From the NCBI RefSeq assembly GCF_027921745.1, contig NC_079238.1, positions 4,836,001 through 4,900,000 of the forward strand: DNA of 64,000 bases. Reading direction: 5' to 3'. The notes beneath the pieces are model-generated. The model saw only the letters and a list, made by a program, of their open reading frames with translations, did not search any database and had not been told where the DNA came from. The position numbers and the translations under genes are program-made. This DNA is from Schizosaccharomyces osmophilus (lineage: Eukaryota). Shown in pieces: positions 12,037 to 24,006 of this stretch; the stretch's first letter is position 1; the number at the start of each line of letters is the position of its first letter.

Positions 12037-14055
12037 TTATTTTACAGCGTTCAAAAAGTTCCATGAAACAATGGAAGCTAATTGAATTCGGATATCCCTG
12101 ACAAGCTTAGAGTCCGATATATTCCTTTCATGGTCTTCCAAGCAAGCAATGCAGTCAAATGCGCTTGCCAAAGAAATCGTTTGATGATTCTTTGTATTTC
12201 TAGTAAATTCAAGCAACTCCTTCAAGAGTTTTTCTTGATAAAAATTAGGAGAATTAATCATTTTTAATACCCCGATAAGCAATTCACCTGCTTGACGAGA
12301 ATCTTCGCTTTCTTTACAAAGAAAGTATTGATGAATAGCAGCGGCAGGAGAAAGAATAGAAGCCAATGTTGAAGCACATATGCGAGGAGAGCTCAGCAAA
12401 TCATATAAAGTCTCGTCTTCTGCAGCATCTATTGGATTTTGGTTTTCGAGACAGAGATTAAAAATTTCCCAAGTTACTCTGTTCATTGTAGTATAATCAC
12501 AAGCCTTGTCTAATATAATCAATGCTTCACCATAAGCACCCTCTGCAATTAGGTTCGTTGCCCAATGAGACATAACGCTTTGTGCTTCTACCTGTAGATC
12601 CAATTCATGGCATATAGTTAAAGCTTCATCTTTTTCAACAATATTATGTAACGGGACTCTGGAAATTAAGGATTTTATGCGCTGATGTCCGTAACCCGGA
12701 ACATGCTTCCAGTAGGCGAAAGCAACCTGCCAAATACCCTTTGTTTCCAAGATAGTTTCACCGTATTCAAGTAAGAGATGTTCGCGGAGGGTCACGGGGA
12801 GCTCTTCTGTGAAATATTCCTTAATATATCCGGTTTTATGTAAAAAATCAGCCAAGTGAACAGCGAAACCGACATCCAACATGTAAGAATGTTGAATAGC
12901 ATCCAATGGTTGATTGTTGCACAATGCAACGCAAAGCTTTTCAAATTCCAAAGTAGAGTCTCCATAAAAATGTGAGTCTTGTGCAGTTGACATTTGATAC
13001 AAAATAGATACTTGGGCTGGGTTTTTACAATCCAAAGGATCATACAAAAATGCTAAAGCAGAAAAGTACTCTTGCCAGTAACTACAATTCGCTTTAATTT
13101 CCTCCTTGTTACCACTAAGAATGTTTAACAAAGAAAGTAAACTTTGTTGAACCTCAGTTGGTATATCACCACGATTCATTATAGTTTGACGGAGATGTGC
13201 TATCCGCGAACGCCAAACTTTCCATCGTTTCTCAAAATCAAAGGTTGATCGAATGGACTTTTGATGCAGGCATGGGCAATACTTCAAAATATCTACAAGA
13301 TCACTTATCGTGTTTTCCAGAGTAGGTAATTCCTTGACCAATGCTGAAGACTCTAAACAAGAAATAGTTTGTTGAAATAGGCCGCGGATTGCAGTCTTGT
13401 TCACATAAAACCAAAAGGAAGGGTGTTGAAAAGGAATACGGTAGGTCATGATTTCCAGTCCATCTTCAGCTATGGGTTGAGGGTCGTAAGAGTTAACCCA
13501 GTCCATGATAGCTGTTGCTAGAGTGTATGGAGAGGAAGAAGGAAAATAAATTGCCTCCGCGCAACGCCATGCAGATTCAATTTCCCAGAGAGTATCCAGA
13601 GAAGGCTGGAGCTCTTTCTGTCCATTGTTAATTTGGGTTTGAAAGCATTCTAAGACTTGATTAATCTTTGATCGAAATAAAGAGCTAATTTTTCCATAAA
13701 ACTGAACGAGTACCAATTGGTTCAATTCATCATTCATGGTAGGCTTCAAAGAAACGTCTTGCAATTCTTCCCACAATTCGTACCATGAAATCAATAATTC
13801 TGTAGGCTCAATCAGCGGAGAAGGTTGTTGAATTTCATAAATGTTTCCTTCTGCTTCTTCAAAAGGGCCTGAAGATTTTGCATCATCTAAAGTCGACTGC
13901 TTGCTTGTAATAAAAGTAGATCCTCTGAGGGTATATGGATGCAAAGTAAATCCCGCAGTACGTTCATTTGATGACCAAGTAGAGAGATTGCCGGATTCTA
14001 TGGGAGCATCCTCAAAGTGGTAAATAGTATTAATAGCGTCCTCAGGTGTATTCAT
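12037..14055 (-). CDS. nup85: Nucleoporin Nup85
   Basis: 672 aa helical protein (HPSFWFYVNKTAIRGLF, WQEYFSAL, LREHLLLEYG) resembling Nup85; syntenic next to krs1. Confidence 0.85.
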   Translation of the reverse strand: MNTPEDAINTIYHFEDAPIESGNLSTWSSNERTAGFTLHPYTLRGSTFITSKQSTLDDAKSSGPFEEAEGNIYEIQQPSPLIEPTELLISWYELWEELQDVSLKPTMNDELNQLVLVQFYGKISSLFRSKINQVLECFQTQINNGQKELQPSLDTLWEIESAWRCAEAIYFPSSSPYTLATAIMDWVNSYDPQPIAEDGLEIMTYRIPFQHPSFWFYVNKTAIRGLFQQTISCLESSALVKELPTLENTISDLVDILKYCPCLHQKSIRSTFDFEKRWKVWRSRIAHLRQTIMNRGDIPTEVQQSLLSLLNILSGNKEEIKANCSYWQEYFSALAFLYDPLDCKNPAQVSILYQMSTAQDSHFYGDSTLEFEKLCVALCNNQPLDAIQHSYMLDVGFAVHLADFLHKTGYIKEYFTEELPVTLREHLLLEYGETILETKGIWQVAFAYWKHVPGYGHQRIKSLISRVPLHNIVEKDEALTICHELDLQVEAQSVMSHWATNLIAEGAYGEALIILDKACDYTTMNRVTWEIFNLCLENQNPIDAAEDETLYDLLSSPRICASTLASILSPAAAIHQYFLCKESEDSRQAGELLIGVLKMINSPNFYQEKLLKELLEFTRNTKNHQTISLASAFDCIACLEDHERNISDSKLVRDIRIQLASIVSWNFLNAVK

Positions 14056-15219
14056 AATTCTTTACACGTGTGTTTTGGAACGTCAACTCGAGAGGAAAAA
14101 ATAAAAATGATGGTTGGAAAAATAATATAAAACGATCAATTCATGAAAGCCAGATGAATCGTGAAATAACGAAATGAAAAACAAGAAAGTGCCTTTAGGC
14201 CAGGAGGAAGGGTTTCCAAAAAACTTAGTACTGTTCTCTATAATATTATAAAGAACTGCAAAAAAGAAAAGATGATGGACTCACAAACGAGGCTAGAAGC
14301 AAGTGTTCAAAGTGCAGTAGGAAAAGAGTTGTTACGTGGAGCTAGTAAAAGCAAAGCATGGACGAGACGCTGACCTAAAGTTTGGATTGGCAACCAGAAT
14401 CAGCTTGATAATAGTTTTAATTAGAAAAATAAGAAAAAAGTGAGTTGTTTTTGTTTTTTCTTTGCGTACGCTGATGTGGATATTTGTTTCGTTGGCTTTT
14501 ACGAACACTGACCGTTTAGTCTTCCTCTATTTCTTTGCGTCCTGTCTCCTACACACATAATGTAAATTTGATTGAATCGAACTAAAAGAAAAAACAATGG
14601 CCTATGCTTGTGAATTGATTTGATTGTTTGTTTCCAGATCCCATCATTGCCATGAAGTTTTTCAAGTTGAGGAAAGAAAATTCAATAATAATTACTTGCG
14701 AAAATCTAGGATCAGATCGCGAAGCAATTCTCTTGAGAAGAGAATGCAAGACTTGTTCAACAACTATGCGACCATTTAACCCGAGGTGAACGCGGTAAGG
14801 GAACCCGTATTTTTTAACCGTTTCAATTTCATTTTCAAAAGTTACAAAAAATGAAAAGGTATGCTTTCTACTGTTGTCTGTTAGCCCCTAGCTGCAATAG
14901 ATCTCATCCTTGCATGCGCTCGGTGTCTCACTAGACATTGAACAGTGAAGTCAGTGTCAATGTTTTACTCTTAAAAAATCTTTCATAAAAGGCAAAAGAA
15001 TGTCCCAACTCTTCATGCTCTTGTGATTTTGCACCAATCTAGTACCGCAAAAACGATGGAAAAGCAAAGTTCCAGCAATCACCTCAAACTAGTTCTAAAT
15101 CAGGAAAACTCTTTTTCTCTTCTTCTTTCGTACAGCAGCTTTATGAAGGAGTCGCATTGTGATGAATCAAAAAAAAAAAAAAAAAAACCGACATGCCATG
15201 TCATAACATCCAAGTAATC

Positions 15220-15232
15220 TTGATCAGATAAA
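15220..15232 (+). promoter_or_regulatory. Extended GATA element TTGATCAGATAAA (contains ATCWGATAA)
   Basis: Matches the fungal iron-responsive GATA repressor (Fep1/SreA) consensus; lies just downstream of an A19 tract (15169-15187), upstream of the transporter gene. Confidence 0.45.
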
Positions 15233-15548
15233 TTTAGCGAGTAATTCACAACAAGTGAATGAATCAGTGTCTCTGCACGTTTACTTCTGTATGAAAAACC
15301 AAGACCAATTTCCTTTTATTTTGTTTTGTTAAATAAATAAAAAATTTATTGGCATACAAGGAAAAGAGGTGGTATTGTTCATTAGATTGCGTAATTCGAA
15401 GAGAAGGCATCATTTGGTAAATTTTTTTACCAGGACTATAACTTTTTTTAGGGACTGCGCAAGTTTTCTTTTTGTTTCCTCTCTCCTTTCTTCTATGGTT
15501 TGTTTTCCTTCTTACAAATTTCCCTTAGTTGGCTTTCGTACTGCTAGA

Positions 15549-16751
15549 ATGAAATTAGGATCAGGCTTCTATAGATACTTGGTGCAAGATTACCAAAACA
15601 TATGGATGGTATCCATCATGGGTACTGCCATTTCTGCTAATATTTTGTATAGTTTTCCTTATAGTGCACAATGGCTGCGCATTTGTTCGTATATTATGTT
15701 TGGGTGCGCTCTAATAAGCTTTTTTCTTAACACAATCATCTTTTTCTTCAAATATGTCGTCTACAGATCGCATTTACCAAAGCGAAAGACGTTTTACAAT
15801 GTGGCCGATACTTTGTGTTTAGGTTGCTATGCTATGGGATTATCAAGTATTATTAATATGTTGTGCTATTTGAGTAACCCTTCATCCTCGCCGCAGAATT
15901 GGGTCAATTTCATTTATATTGTTTGGATCTTTAATATTGTGATGTCTTTTTATACCTCGTGGGTGATATTTTCGTTCGTGTTTACCAAACGAGTAAGCTT
16001 TCAGTTTTCTACCCTCTTGGGAAACATCGTACTTCCTTTCGTCCCGTTGACGGTTGCTTCTGCATCTGGCACCGTCGTACTTCAGACCTTTTGGTCTCGC
16101 TTGAGCCGCACAATTTTTTTAAATACCATCATCACATGCTATATTTGTTGGGCCAATGCCGTTTCGGTGGGCTTTTGTGTTATTGGTATCATCATATGGA
16201 GATTAATTTTCTACAAATATCCAGATAGTCCTGTTGCCTTTACCCAGTTTGTCCCTATTGGTGTGCTTGGTCAAGGTGCTTTTGGAATTATAATGCAGGC
16301 ACTAAATATCGAGACGTATGCACATAACTACCTGCAAAATATTTCGTCTATTCAAATTTATACCAATGTCCTGTTGATCATTTCAGGATTTGTATCTCTG
16401 TTTTTAATCTCTCTTGCCTATTTTCTTACTTTTGTCGCTTTCTTTGCTGTTTTCACTCATGGGGTGCGGCACGAGTTTACAGTTGTATGGTGGACTATTA
16501 CTTTCCCATTGGGTACTATGTCGATCTCTAATTCAAAGCTTGGTGAAGTAGCTCACCTGACCTTTTTCCGTGTGCTAGGTGCCATTTACGGTGTTGCCTG
16601 CATCCTAATTACCATTGTTTGTATATTTGGAAGCCTCTATTTGGGCGTCCTAAAGTTTCGCAGAGAGTTTTCTCAAGATAATCTAGACAACCCGTTACCT
16701 GCAGCTGTCAAACATGAGGTAAAAAGCTCTTCCAGCGGACACTCTTCCTAA
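15549..16751 (+). CDS. SLAC1/TDT-family (Ssu1/Mae1-like) anion or sulfite efflux transporter
   Basis: About 10 hydrophobic helices; IMGTAISANIL, FVPIGVLGQGAFG and WWTITFPLGT motifs typical of Ssu1-like proteins. Start is ATG 15549 or in-frame ATG 15495. Confidence 0.85.
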   Translation: MKLGSGFYRYLVQDYQNIWMVSIMGTAISANILYSFPYSAQWLRICSYIMFGCALISFFLNTIIFFFKYVVYRSHLPKRKTFYNVADTLCLGCYAMGLSSIINMLCYLSNPSSSPQNWVNFIYIVWIFNIVMSFYTSWVIFSFVFTKRVSFQFSTLLGNIVLPFVPLTVASASGTVVLQTFWSRLSRTIFLNTIITCYICWANAVSVGFCVIGIIIWRLIFYKYPDSPVAFTQFVPIGVLGQGAFGIIMQALNIETYAHNYLQNISSIQIYTNVLLIISGFVSLFLISLAYFLTFVAFFAVFTHGVRHEFTVVWWTITFPLGTMSISNSKLGEVAHLTFFRVLGAIYGVACILITIVCIFGSLYLGVLKFRREFSQDNLDNPLPAAVKHEVKSSSSGHSS

Positions 16752-17459
16752 GTGCGTAAACTACAGGATTCCCTCTTGCTTTTCTACCAAAAACCAAAAC
16801 CTTCCTTTAGTCCTTTCAGGGCGAACGCTCTCCATAAGCTCCATATGTATTTGATGACTAAAACAAGGATGAAAAAGATTGACACAATCAAAAAGATCCA
16901 TCACGAAGTAGAGGTGGATTTGTTGTTGCAAAAGCACGGTTCTTTTTTTAGACCAAAGAACAAAACCTCTCCGTCTTTCTATTTGTTTATTTATATTTAT
17001 ATTAATAAAAATTCTAATTTTGAGGCTCTATTCATGTATTAAACAACGAACTAACCTAGTTACGATGCGTATACTAAATTTCCTCTTTTGTTTACATGAT
17101 AAACACGACATTAGTCTACTCATTTTCTTTGTTGATTACTGTAGTGAGAAAGACTAGCAAGTCGCTATATAAAATTCCGAGTCTGCATATTGTATGATAC
17201 CTGCTTTTCGTATTTCGTCCAGCCTCCTAATATTCACTCCAGTTTATTACTCACGTTTGCGATTTCAACTTTGCAACTCCCGTACTGATCTAAGAGTGAA
17301 TTAATTCTTTATTTAACTTAATTTCGTGTTCCCGTTGTCCAAAGTTTATTCCTTTGTTCACGTTTGTCGTTGATTTCACGTAACCTTTGAATTCGGTAGT
17401 GTTCTGCCACAAGAAAAACACAATTGAGGTGTTTGTAGCTTGGATACGTTGTTTATATC

Positions 17460-20146
17460 ATGGCTGAATATAATGCGTCAGTTCCAGCTCAACGATGTAC
17501 GTGTCCATATACTTACAATAATGGATTATCCTCGTTTACTAACGTATACTTGCTTTAGTCAATATTCAGTCTTTGAAGTTTACCTCTCATGATGGCAATG
17601 AAGTATTAAATGTTCAGTCGTCAGAATCTTCCTTTTTTAGCTCAAAGTACCGGTATTCGCGCACGAGTCATGAACCGGTAGAGTTCATTCAAGTTCGCGA
17701 AGAAGAAGGGCCCATGGTAAAAATTATGGAAGAAGAGGGTCTTCAGATTTCTTTCGAACTGATTGTACGTTCTTCTGAAACGAAACGCGACCTTACAAAC
17801 TTAACTTGTATTCATGGTTCCTCCCCGCAAGAAATAGACAGACTCATAACGCGCGAGTTTTCAACAGATGCAAATTTCCAAAACCATCATCAAGTGAATT
17901 TGGTTGGTAATGTTTCCTTCACTCCAAATGAAGATGAGCGATTGATTGAATGGAATTGGCAGTACAGCCCTTATAATTCCCTTTATTATTACAGCAGCGG
18001 ATGCCCTAATTACATATGTTTTGCCGAATATGATAAACGCTTGAATCGCCTCGTACCTTTGCAAACCTTTCAATTTTGGTTAGTAGAATCTGAACAAGAT
18101 TCTCCACCAGCGACACCAAGTTTTACCCTGCGACTTGCCGAAGATGGCACGACCAGTCCAGAAGTACCTGAACAGCATTCATTGCTGACTGCCGCTGAAC
18201 AAAATCCAATCCAATCACCTCCACTGTCTAATGTAAATCCGGCCACTAGAGAAGTCGATCAAACAGAACCAGAAGACGGCCCCCTTTTCCGAGCTACAAT
18301 CCTAAATTTTGAGAGAACGACGCACGAAATGCGAATGGCCATGAAAAAATTAATAAAACGTGCTGAACAATTAGCTCAATCCCATGGAATGTTGTTCATG
18401 TGTCATAAGGAATTTGTTGGTGCCTTTGAAAGAGCAGCAAAGATCAATCCACCAGCCTTTAAACCATTCTTAGACTATTATTATCACTGTTGTGCCAAAT
18501 CAATGGATAATCTTCATATTGATCGAGCTCATTTGTTGAGGAACTCGTTAATAGAACCTCTTCGAAGGATTTATGACAATGATATTAAGAATGCATACTC
18601 TAAAAAGAAAGATTTTGAGGAAACAAGTCGTGATTACTATACCTCTTTAACTCGTTGGCTATCGAAAAGTGAAAAGGTTTCTTCTGCTGACAAAGCCAAA
18701 GAGTCAAAGTTTTCAGCAAAAAGAAGGGACTTTGAGCTTTCAAGATTCGACTACTACTCTTATATGCAGGACATTAATGGAGGAAGAAAAGGTCAGGAAG
18801 TTTTGTCTGCACTCACCTCGTTTGCTGCCAGCGACTACAACTTGATTCATTCTTCTATGGCAGAAATAGATTCATCTCGACCAAACATTATAATGCTTCA
18901 GGACGTCGTCAATGAAGCCAATAAGGAGTTTTTGTTACTGCGAGCTGAGCGTGAAGAAAGAAGGAGACTTTTAGAAACGAGTAGTCGTGAGTTGGATGAT
19001 CAAGATGCAGAAATTGCGGCTCAGGCTTACCGAGCAAAAATAGGTCAAGATACCTCTGCCAAACAAGGCCTTTTATTGGCTTTTTCAAAACCCAATAGTG
19101 AATTACAGATGGTGTCAAAAGCCGGGTGGCATAAATATTGGGTTGTCTTGGATCATGGTAAAATTTGCGAATATTCTAACTGGAAACAATCGTTAGAACT
19201 TCATGAGGAGCCTATAGATTTATTAATGGCAACAGTACGGATTCCGCAGTCTTTTCCAAGAAAATTTTGTTTTGAGTTAATCACTCCTCAGTTACGTCGG
19301 GTCTATCAGGCTACTTCCAAGACAGAGATGCATTCTTGGGTTGAAGCCATACAATACGCTATAAGCGAGAGTATTTCACTCAAGGGAAGAAGGCACTCTG
19401 CTTCCGAGGATTCCACCTACAATAAGTGTGAATCAACGTCTACGATTAGTAAAGCTTTGCAGCGGGTTGCTTCGGTGACTTCTCCTGGACGATACAGCGG
19501 TAGTGGAGGAGACTCAAAGGATAAAAAATCACAAAAACCGATTTCCCTATCAAAGGCGGTCAAAGAATTGCAAATCAGCGACCAATACTGTGCTGATTGT
19601 CACTCTACTTCGCGAGTGGAATGGTGTGCTATTAATTTTCCAGCTGTATTGTGTATCGATTGTTCAGGAATCCATAGATCTTTAGGGACACATGTGTCAA
19701 AGGTGAGATCACTAGATTTGGACAAGCTGTCGGCGGAGACAGTTGAATTGCTACGAGCGACTGGAAATCAAATGATAAACGAAATTTACGAAGCTGGACT
19801 TGGTGAACCGAATGCGAAAACAATAGAAACCCACGAGGAAAGGGCGTCTTTTATTAAAGATAAATATATACAAAAGCTTTATTTCCGGTCTATATTGGAA
19901 CCAGATGTAAACATTGCATTCTTCAATGCTATTGAAAGAGGGGATCTGAAAAAAGTAATTCAATGCATCGGACAAGATGCAGATGTTAATTATCGGTCAG
20001 CGATCGTTGAATCCCTTCAAAAAGGCAACTATTTAATTGCCGAATTGTTGAGTTTGAATGGTGCGTCTTTAAACTTTAATGAAGCTACCATGGATACGCT
20101 TCCAGCGCGGGCGCAAGCGTACCTTATGAGTAGATGGACGAACTAA
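17460..20146 (+). CDS. cnt5: Centaurin-type ArfGAP (BAR-PH-ArfGAP-ankyrin); exons 17460-17496, 17559-20146
   Basis: EDGPLFRA BAR start, GWHKYWVVL PH domain, CADC..W..IN...LCIDCSGIHRSLG ArfGAP zinc finger; intron 17497-17558 (GTACGT..CTAAC..TAG) restores an ATG. Confidence 0.88.
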
Positions 20147-20423
20147 TCCATATTAGAGATAATCTTGTTCTCGTTGTTTATGGGTATAGTCTTAATTTCT
20201 GATGAATAATATAATGTTGACAAGACATGTTAGCTTTGGATAAGCTAGTAAATATTTACAAAGCACAATAGAAAGCTGTACAGCTATAAAAACTTGCTTA
20301 CATTTTCGTTATGCATTCTTACTAAAATATAAAACACCATAAATGACCAATTATTGAAATTTACCTTGGTGGAGAATTGACTGTATTGAAAATTTTGTTA
20401 CGCGATTATGAACGACAAACACT

Positions 20424-20929
20424 CTAGTCTTGGTTCTTGGCCTTTCTCTTAGCAAGACGCTTGCCAGTACCGAAGACCTTCTTGCCTCTGTTCTTACGTT
20501 GCTTGCGTTGTTGACGGGCAACCTTTTCAATGGGTTGAGCTTGACCGACACGGACGAGACGGTAATGAGGCTCAAACTTCTTCATAGCCTCATTGGAGTC
20601 GTAGATCAAAGCAAAACCAGTAGATCTGCCACCACCAAATTGAGTACGAAGACCAAAGGCAGTGATGCTGTCAGCTTCAGCCTTGTACATTTGAGCCAAC
20701 TTTTCGCGAAGTTCATTCTTGGAAAGGTTGGCCTTACCAGGATGAAGGATGTCGACGACCTGTTATAGTTAGCTCTTAATGTTCTTCCTTCCATATTACA
20801 TTCACTTGATTTCCTTTTGTTCTAGTCGAATTTCAAGCGCTGTAACTTGCTGTAACTTACCATCTGCTTTCTTTGAAGCAAGCGGTTAGTCATAAACTTG
20901 CGAGTTCTGATTGTCACGGCCTCACTCAT
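20424..20929 (-). CDS. rps24: 40S ribosomal protein S24 (eS24); exons 20929-20861, 20759-20424
   Basis: [23 protein letters not shown] / VVDILHPG...[14 protein letters not shown]; intron 20760-20860 (GTAAGT..CTAAC..CAG). Confidence 0.97.
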
Positions 20930-21007
20930 TTTAGCAACTTGTGGTGACTGATGGTGGTAAAGAAAGGAAATCTAGTCGAGTACAGGATTTTGCTTGGAGG
21001 GAGAAAC

Positions 21008-21015
21008 TGTGACTG
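21008..21015 (-). promoter_or_regulatory. Homol D box (CAGTCACA) of rps24
   Basis: Exact CAGTCACA about 80 nt upstream of the ATG; canonical core promoter element of fission-yeast ribosomal protein genes. Confidence 0.85.
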
Positions 21016-21108
21016 TTTTTTTGGTTAAAACCCTTTTTAACATGGTTCGGCATACCGCGGTAAATGCTTTCCATATAAGTTCGTTAGATCTCGGTACAAT
21101 ACAATTCC

Positions 21109-21121
21109 TTTATCTGATCAA
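21109..21121 (-). promoter_or_regulatory. Extended GATA element (TTGATCAGATAAA on minus strand) upstream of sib3
   Basis: Plus strand TTTATCTGATCAA contains the reverse complement of ATCAGATAA; about 250 nt upstream of a siderophore biosynthesis gene. Confidence 0.5.
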
Positions 21122-21365
21122 TCTGCGACGTGTAAAACTCATCGCTTCCGTAGTCTGTAAACAAACTAGAGCCATTACGTGCCAAGTCATAAGGCATTTG
21201 ATTTTACATCTATTGCTGTTTTATTATTTGGAAAACATAAAATATCCTTTGTCATTTCTTGCTGTCTGTTTTTTTTGCGATTTGCTTTTGTGAAGAAGAC
21301 GTCCTAAATACGCGTTTTATCGTAAGAATCACTGATATCAAGATCAAAACTGCTTTTTGTTCATC

Positions 21366-22370
21366 ATGTCGCAAACCATTTGGTCAAATTCAATGCCTTT
21401 TCGATTGACGAACCTTCAAGGATCAAATGCCGTGTTGGAGCACGATGAACGACGTCTTTACTTGACTCGTCGAGAAGATTCGAATTTGTGGGAAGTATAC
21501 TTAAAGAACTTTGAGGACGTTGAAGTAGATGAAATTGTTCAGTTGGCTTTTCAGGCCATTTTCACTACGCTTCCTATCATCAAGGGTGAAGTCACCTTGA
21601 AATGGGAACCTTTAGCTTCCTATAAAGGAAAACTGACTCTTCCTGTATTCTTCAACGAAGAACAGGGATGTATCAGCACTGATCGTATGGCGTTTTGGCA
21701 AATTGCTACTCCTTGGATCACCAACAAACAACCTGAATGGCCCTTGTCTTATCTACCAAACCAAAAAATCCGTCGTCCTAATGCACCAAAGCCTGGAACC
21801 ATCTTGTATGAGCGTTTCATTCCTAGTTTAAATGAGACGTTGTCATTTGTTGCCTTAGACATTGATCAACATTTACAATACTTCCACGAATGGCAAAATA
21901 ACCCTCGTGTTAGCCATTTCTGGACTGAAACCGGAAATTGGGATCAACATCGTGATTACCTTCTCAAGCTACAAAGTGATCCACATGCGTACGCTGTCAT
22001 CGGCTGCTTTAACGAGCAACCGTTTGGCTACTTTGAGGTTTACTGGGTTCCAGAGGACCGAATCGCTCCCTTTGCCCAGCCTTGGCATACACATGATCGC
22101 GGGTTTCATGCCCTTGTAGGCAATGAACATTTCCGCGGTCCTCATCGTGTTCCTGTCTGGTTATCCAGTATTACCCATATGCTCTTCTTGGATGACTCTC
22201 GAACCCAACGTATTCTCCTTGAGCCCAGAAACGATAACAAAAAGTTTATTGATTACCTTATTGCTGAGAACTACTGTAAGCGTCTCGAATTTGACTTTCC
22301 TCATAAACGAGCTGCTTTCATGGAAATCACTCGCACAATGTTCTTTTCTTGCCTTGGTCCCCGTATTTAA
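21366..22370 (+). CDS. sib3: N5-hydroxyornithine acetyltransferase (AlcB/IucB/SidL-like), ferrichrome biosynthesis
   Basis: HEWQNNPRVSHFW, PFGYFEVYW..ED, DRGFHALVG, EPRNDN, FDFPHKRA motifs of the AlcB acetyltransferase family; first ATG 21366. Confidence 0.9.
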   Translation: MSQTIWSNSMPFRLTNLQGSNAVLEHDERRLYLTRREDSNLWEVYLKNFEDVEVDEIVQLAFQAIFTTLPIIKGEVTLKWEPLASYKGKLTLPVFFNEEQGCISTDRMAFWQIATPWITNKQPEWPLSYLPNQKIRRPNAPKPGTILYERFIPSLNETLSFVALDIDQHLQYFHEWQNNPRVSHFWTETGNWDQHRDYLLKLQSDPHAYAVIGCFNEQPFGYFEVYWVPEDRIAPFAQPWHTHDRGFHALVGNEHFRGPHRVPVWLSSITHMLFLDDSRTQRILLEPRNDNKKFIDYLIAENYCKRLEFDFPHKRAAFMEITRTMFFSCLGPRI

Positions 22371-22656
22371 CGGCTCCTTCCTTTTTCATTGTAAACGACG
22401 TTCCAATCATCATTTGGAATTAAATAGAAATAGGATATTGTAGCATAGAAATCGAAATCATTCACGTTTCATCTGTTATTGACAAAAACAGCAGGCTGTA
22501 TTTCTTCCATATTTACAGCACATCTATGTCTATAGTTTACTGGTACTTAAATTTCACAAAACCCTGTCTAAATTGATGATTCATCCATAACCAAACCATA
22601 ATATCATTGATTCATTAGTTTAAAAAAAGGGCATTAGATATTCAGCTTTTTTAGTA

Positions 22657-24006
22657 TTAGTAGGGCCTTCTTGAAGGCTCATGTTCTCTGTGGCTTCGGT
22701 GTCTGTATGAATCATCTCGAGAACGGTAGGAAGATCGTCTGTCATCATCATAGCGACTTCTTCGGCGATAGTACCGATCATCATCAACATCATTAAAGCG
22801 ACGACTACGAGGAATATACGAGTCTTCGTTTTTTCTTCGCCTCACGTACTCTCGGTCCTCTTCGGCACGCGGCGAAGAATGACGAGGTTTGTATTCTGAT
22901 CGCTCACGACCATGACGAGGATATGGATTATCTCTTTCTCTTCGTCTATAATCTGGAGAACGTGAGCGAGGTCGAGGACGAGAATGGGAATGAGATTGAG
23001 CTTGAGACCGTCTTAATTGTTGCCTATATCGGGAGACACTTTGAGAAAAGTCAACATGAATGCGAGCGTCATCGATTAAGACATTTTGCATTTTGAAATA
23101 AGCCTTTTCAACACTGTCTTTATTATCAAACTCAATAAACGCATACTGAAGGCTGTTTCCGGTATCCTTATCTCGAATAATCTGACAGGAATTGATCTTA
23201 CCAAACCGGGAAAAAATAAGTTCCAAATCCTCATCTTGAGTAACGGGGTTCAACTTACAAACGAACAAAACATTTTCAGGAGGAGCGACATGAGCGAACG
23301 GCAAATCACCAACCATTTCTAAAGTAACGGCTTCGGCTTCTGCCTCTTGCTCTTGTTCTCGTTGGAACTTGTTTTCGTCATCCTCCTCAGAAACGAGGCG
23401 TTCTTCCTCCCCAATACGAACAGTAGCAAGTTGTTGAGGTGTCGGAGATGGTGACCTCGTTGGCTCTATGAATTGAGGAGGGTCAGGAAAAGGATCATCT
23501 AATAAAATGGTATGCTTAATGCGAATATCTCGAAAGGGTTGACCCTCATCATCACAGATAGCCTCATTAATTTTTTGTAAAGTATCGAATCCTTCTGCTA
23601 CTCGACCGAAAATAGGATAGCGGCCATCCAGGCTTTCGAGATGATCTGTGAATGTGATGAGAAATTGGCTTCCACAAACAAGCGATTCTTCATGGTGCAC
23701 CGGAATAGGGACTGTGCTCATACTTACAGTTCCAGCCCTGTTGTGACTGAGATTGGTGTGAAATTCCGCAGGGAAAAATCGATCACCGACATTCAGTAAA
23801 TTCCAAACCGAGCGTCCTCCATCTCCAGTGGGGCCTATGGGGTCACCCGTTTGACAAGTATAATTTTGTTGTATGTTGTAAAATGGAGCAAAATTGTAGT
23901 ACTTCAGTTTACAAAGCTTGAGAAAGTTCTCACAAGCTCGGGGAGCCTCTTCTGGGAGCAGGTCTATGACAAGATCACCGACCGTAGTTTCGATGAGGAC
24001 GGACAT
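22657..24006 (-). CDS. rct1: Cyclophilin-RRM protein Rct1 (PPIL4 orthologue)
   Basis: [16 protein letters not shown] cyclophilin domain, [22 protein letters not shown]-rich tail; ATG at 24006. Confidence 0.95.
   Translation of the reverse strand: MSVLIETTVGDLVIDLLPEEAPRACENFLKLCKLKYYNFAPFYNIQQNYTCQTGDPIGPTGDGGRSVWNLLNVGDRFFPAEFHTNLSHNRAGTVSMSTVPIPVHHEESLVCGSQFLITFTDHLESLDGRYPIFGRVAEGFDTLQKINEAICDDEGQPFRDIRIKHTILLDDPFPDPPQFIEPTRSPSPTPQQLATVRIGEEERLVSEEDDENKFQREQEQEAEAEAVTLEMVGDLPFAHVAPPENVLFVCKLNPVTQDEDLELIFSRFGKINSCQIIRDKDTGNSLQYAFIEFDNKDSVEKAYFKMQNVLIDDARIHVDFSQSVSRYRQQLRRSQAQSHSHSRPRPRSRSPDYRRRERDNPYPRHGRERSEYKPRHSSPRAEEDREYVRRRKNEDSYIPRSRRFNDVDDDRYYRRRSRYDDDRRSSYRSRDDSYRHRSHREHEPSRRPY

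Noticed and set aside
16752..17042. 96-codon frame directly after the transporter stop, suggesting readthrough
   Set aside because: Stop is TAA-G, not a leaky context; the downstream frame runs into AT-rich 3' UTR-like sequence.
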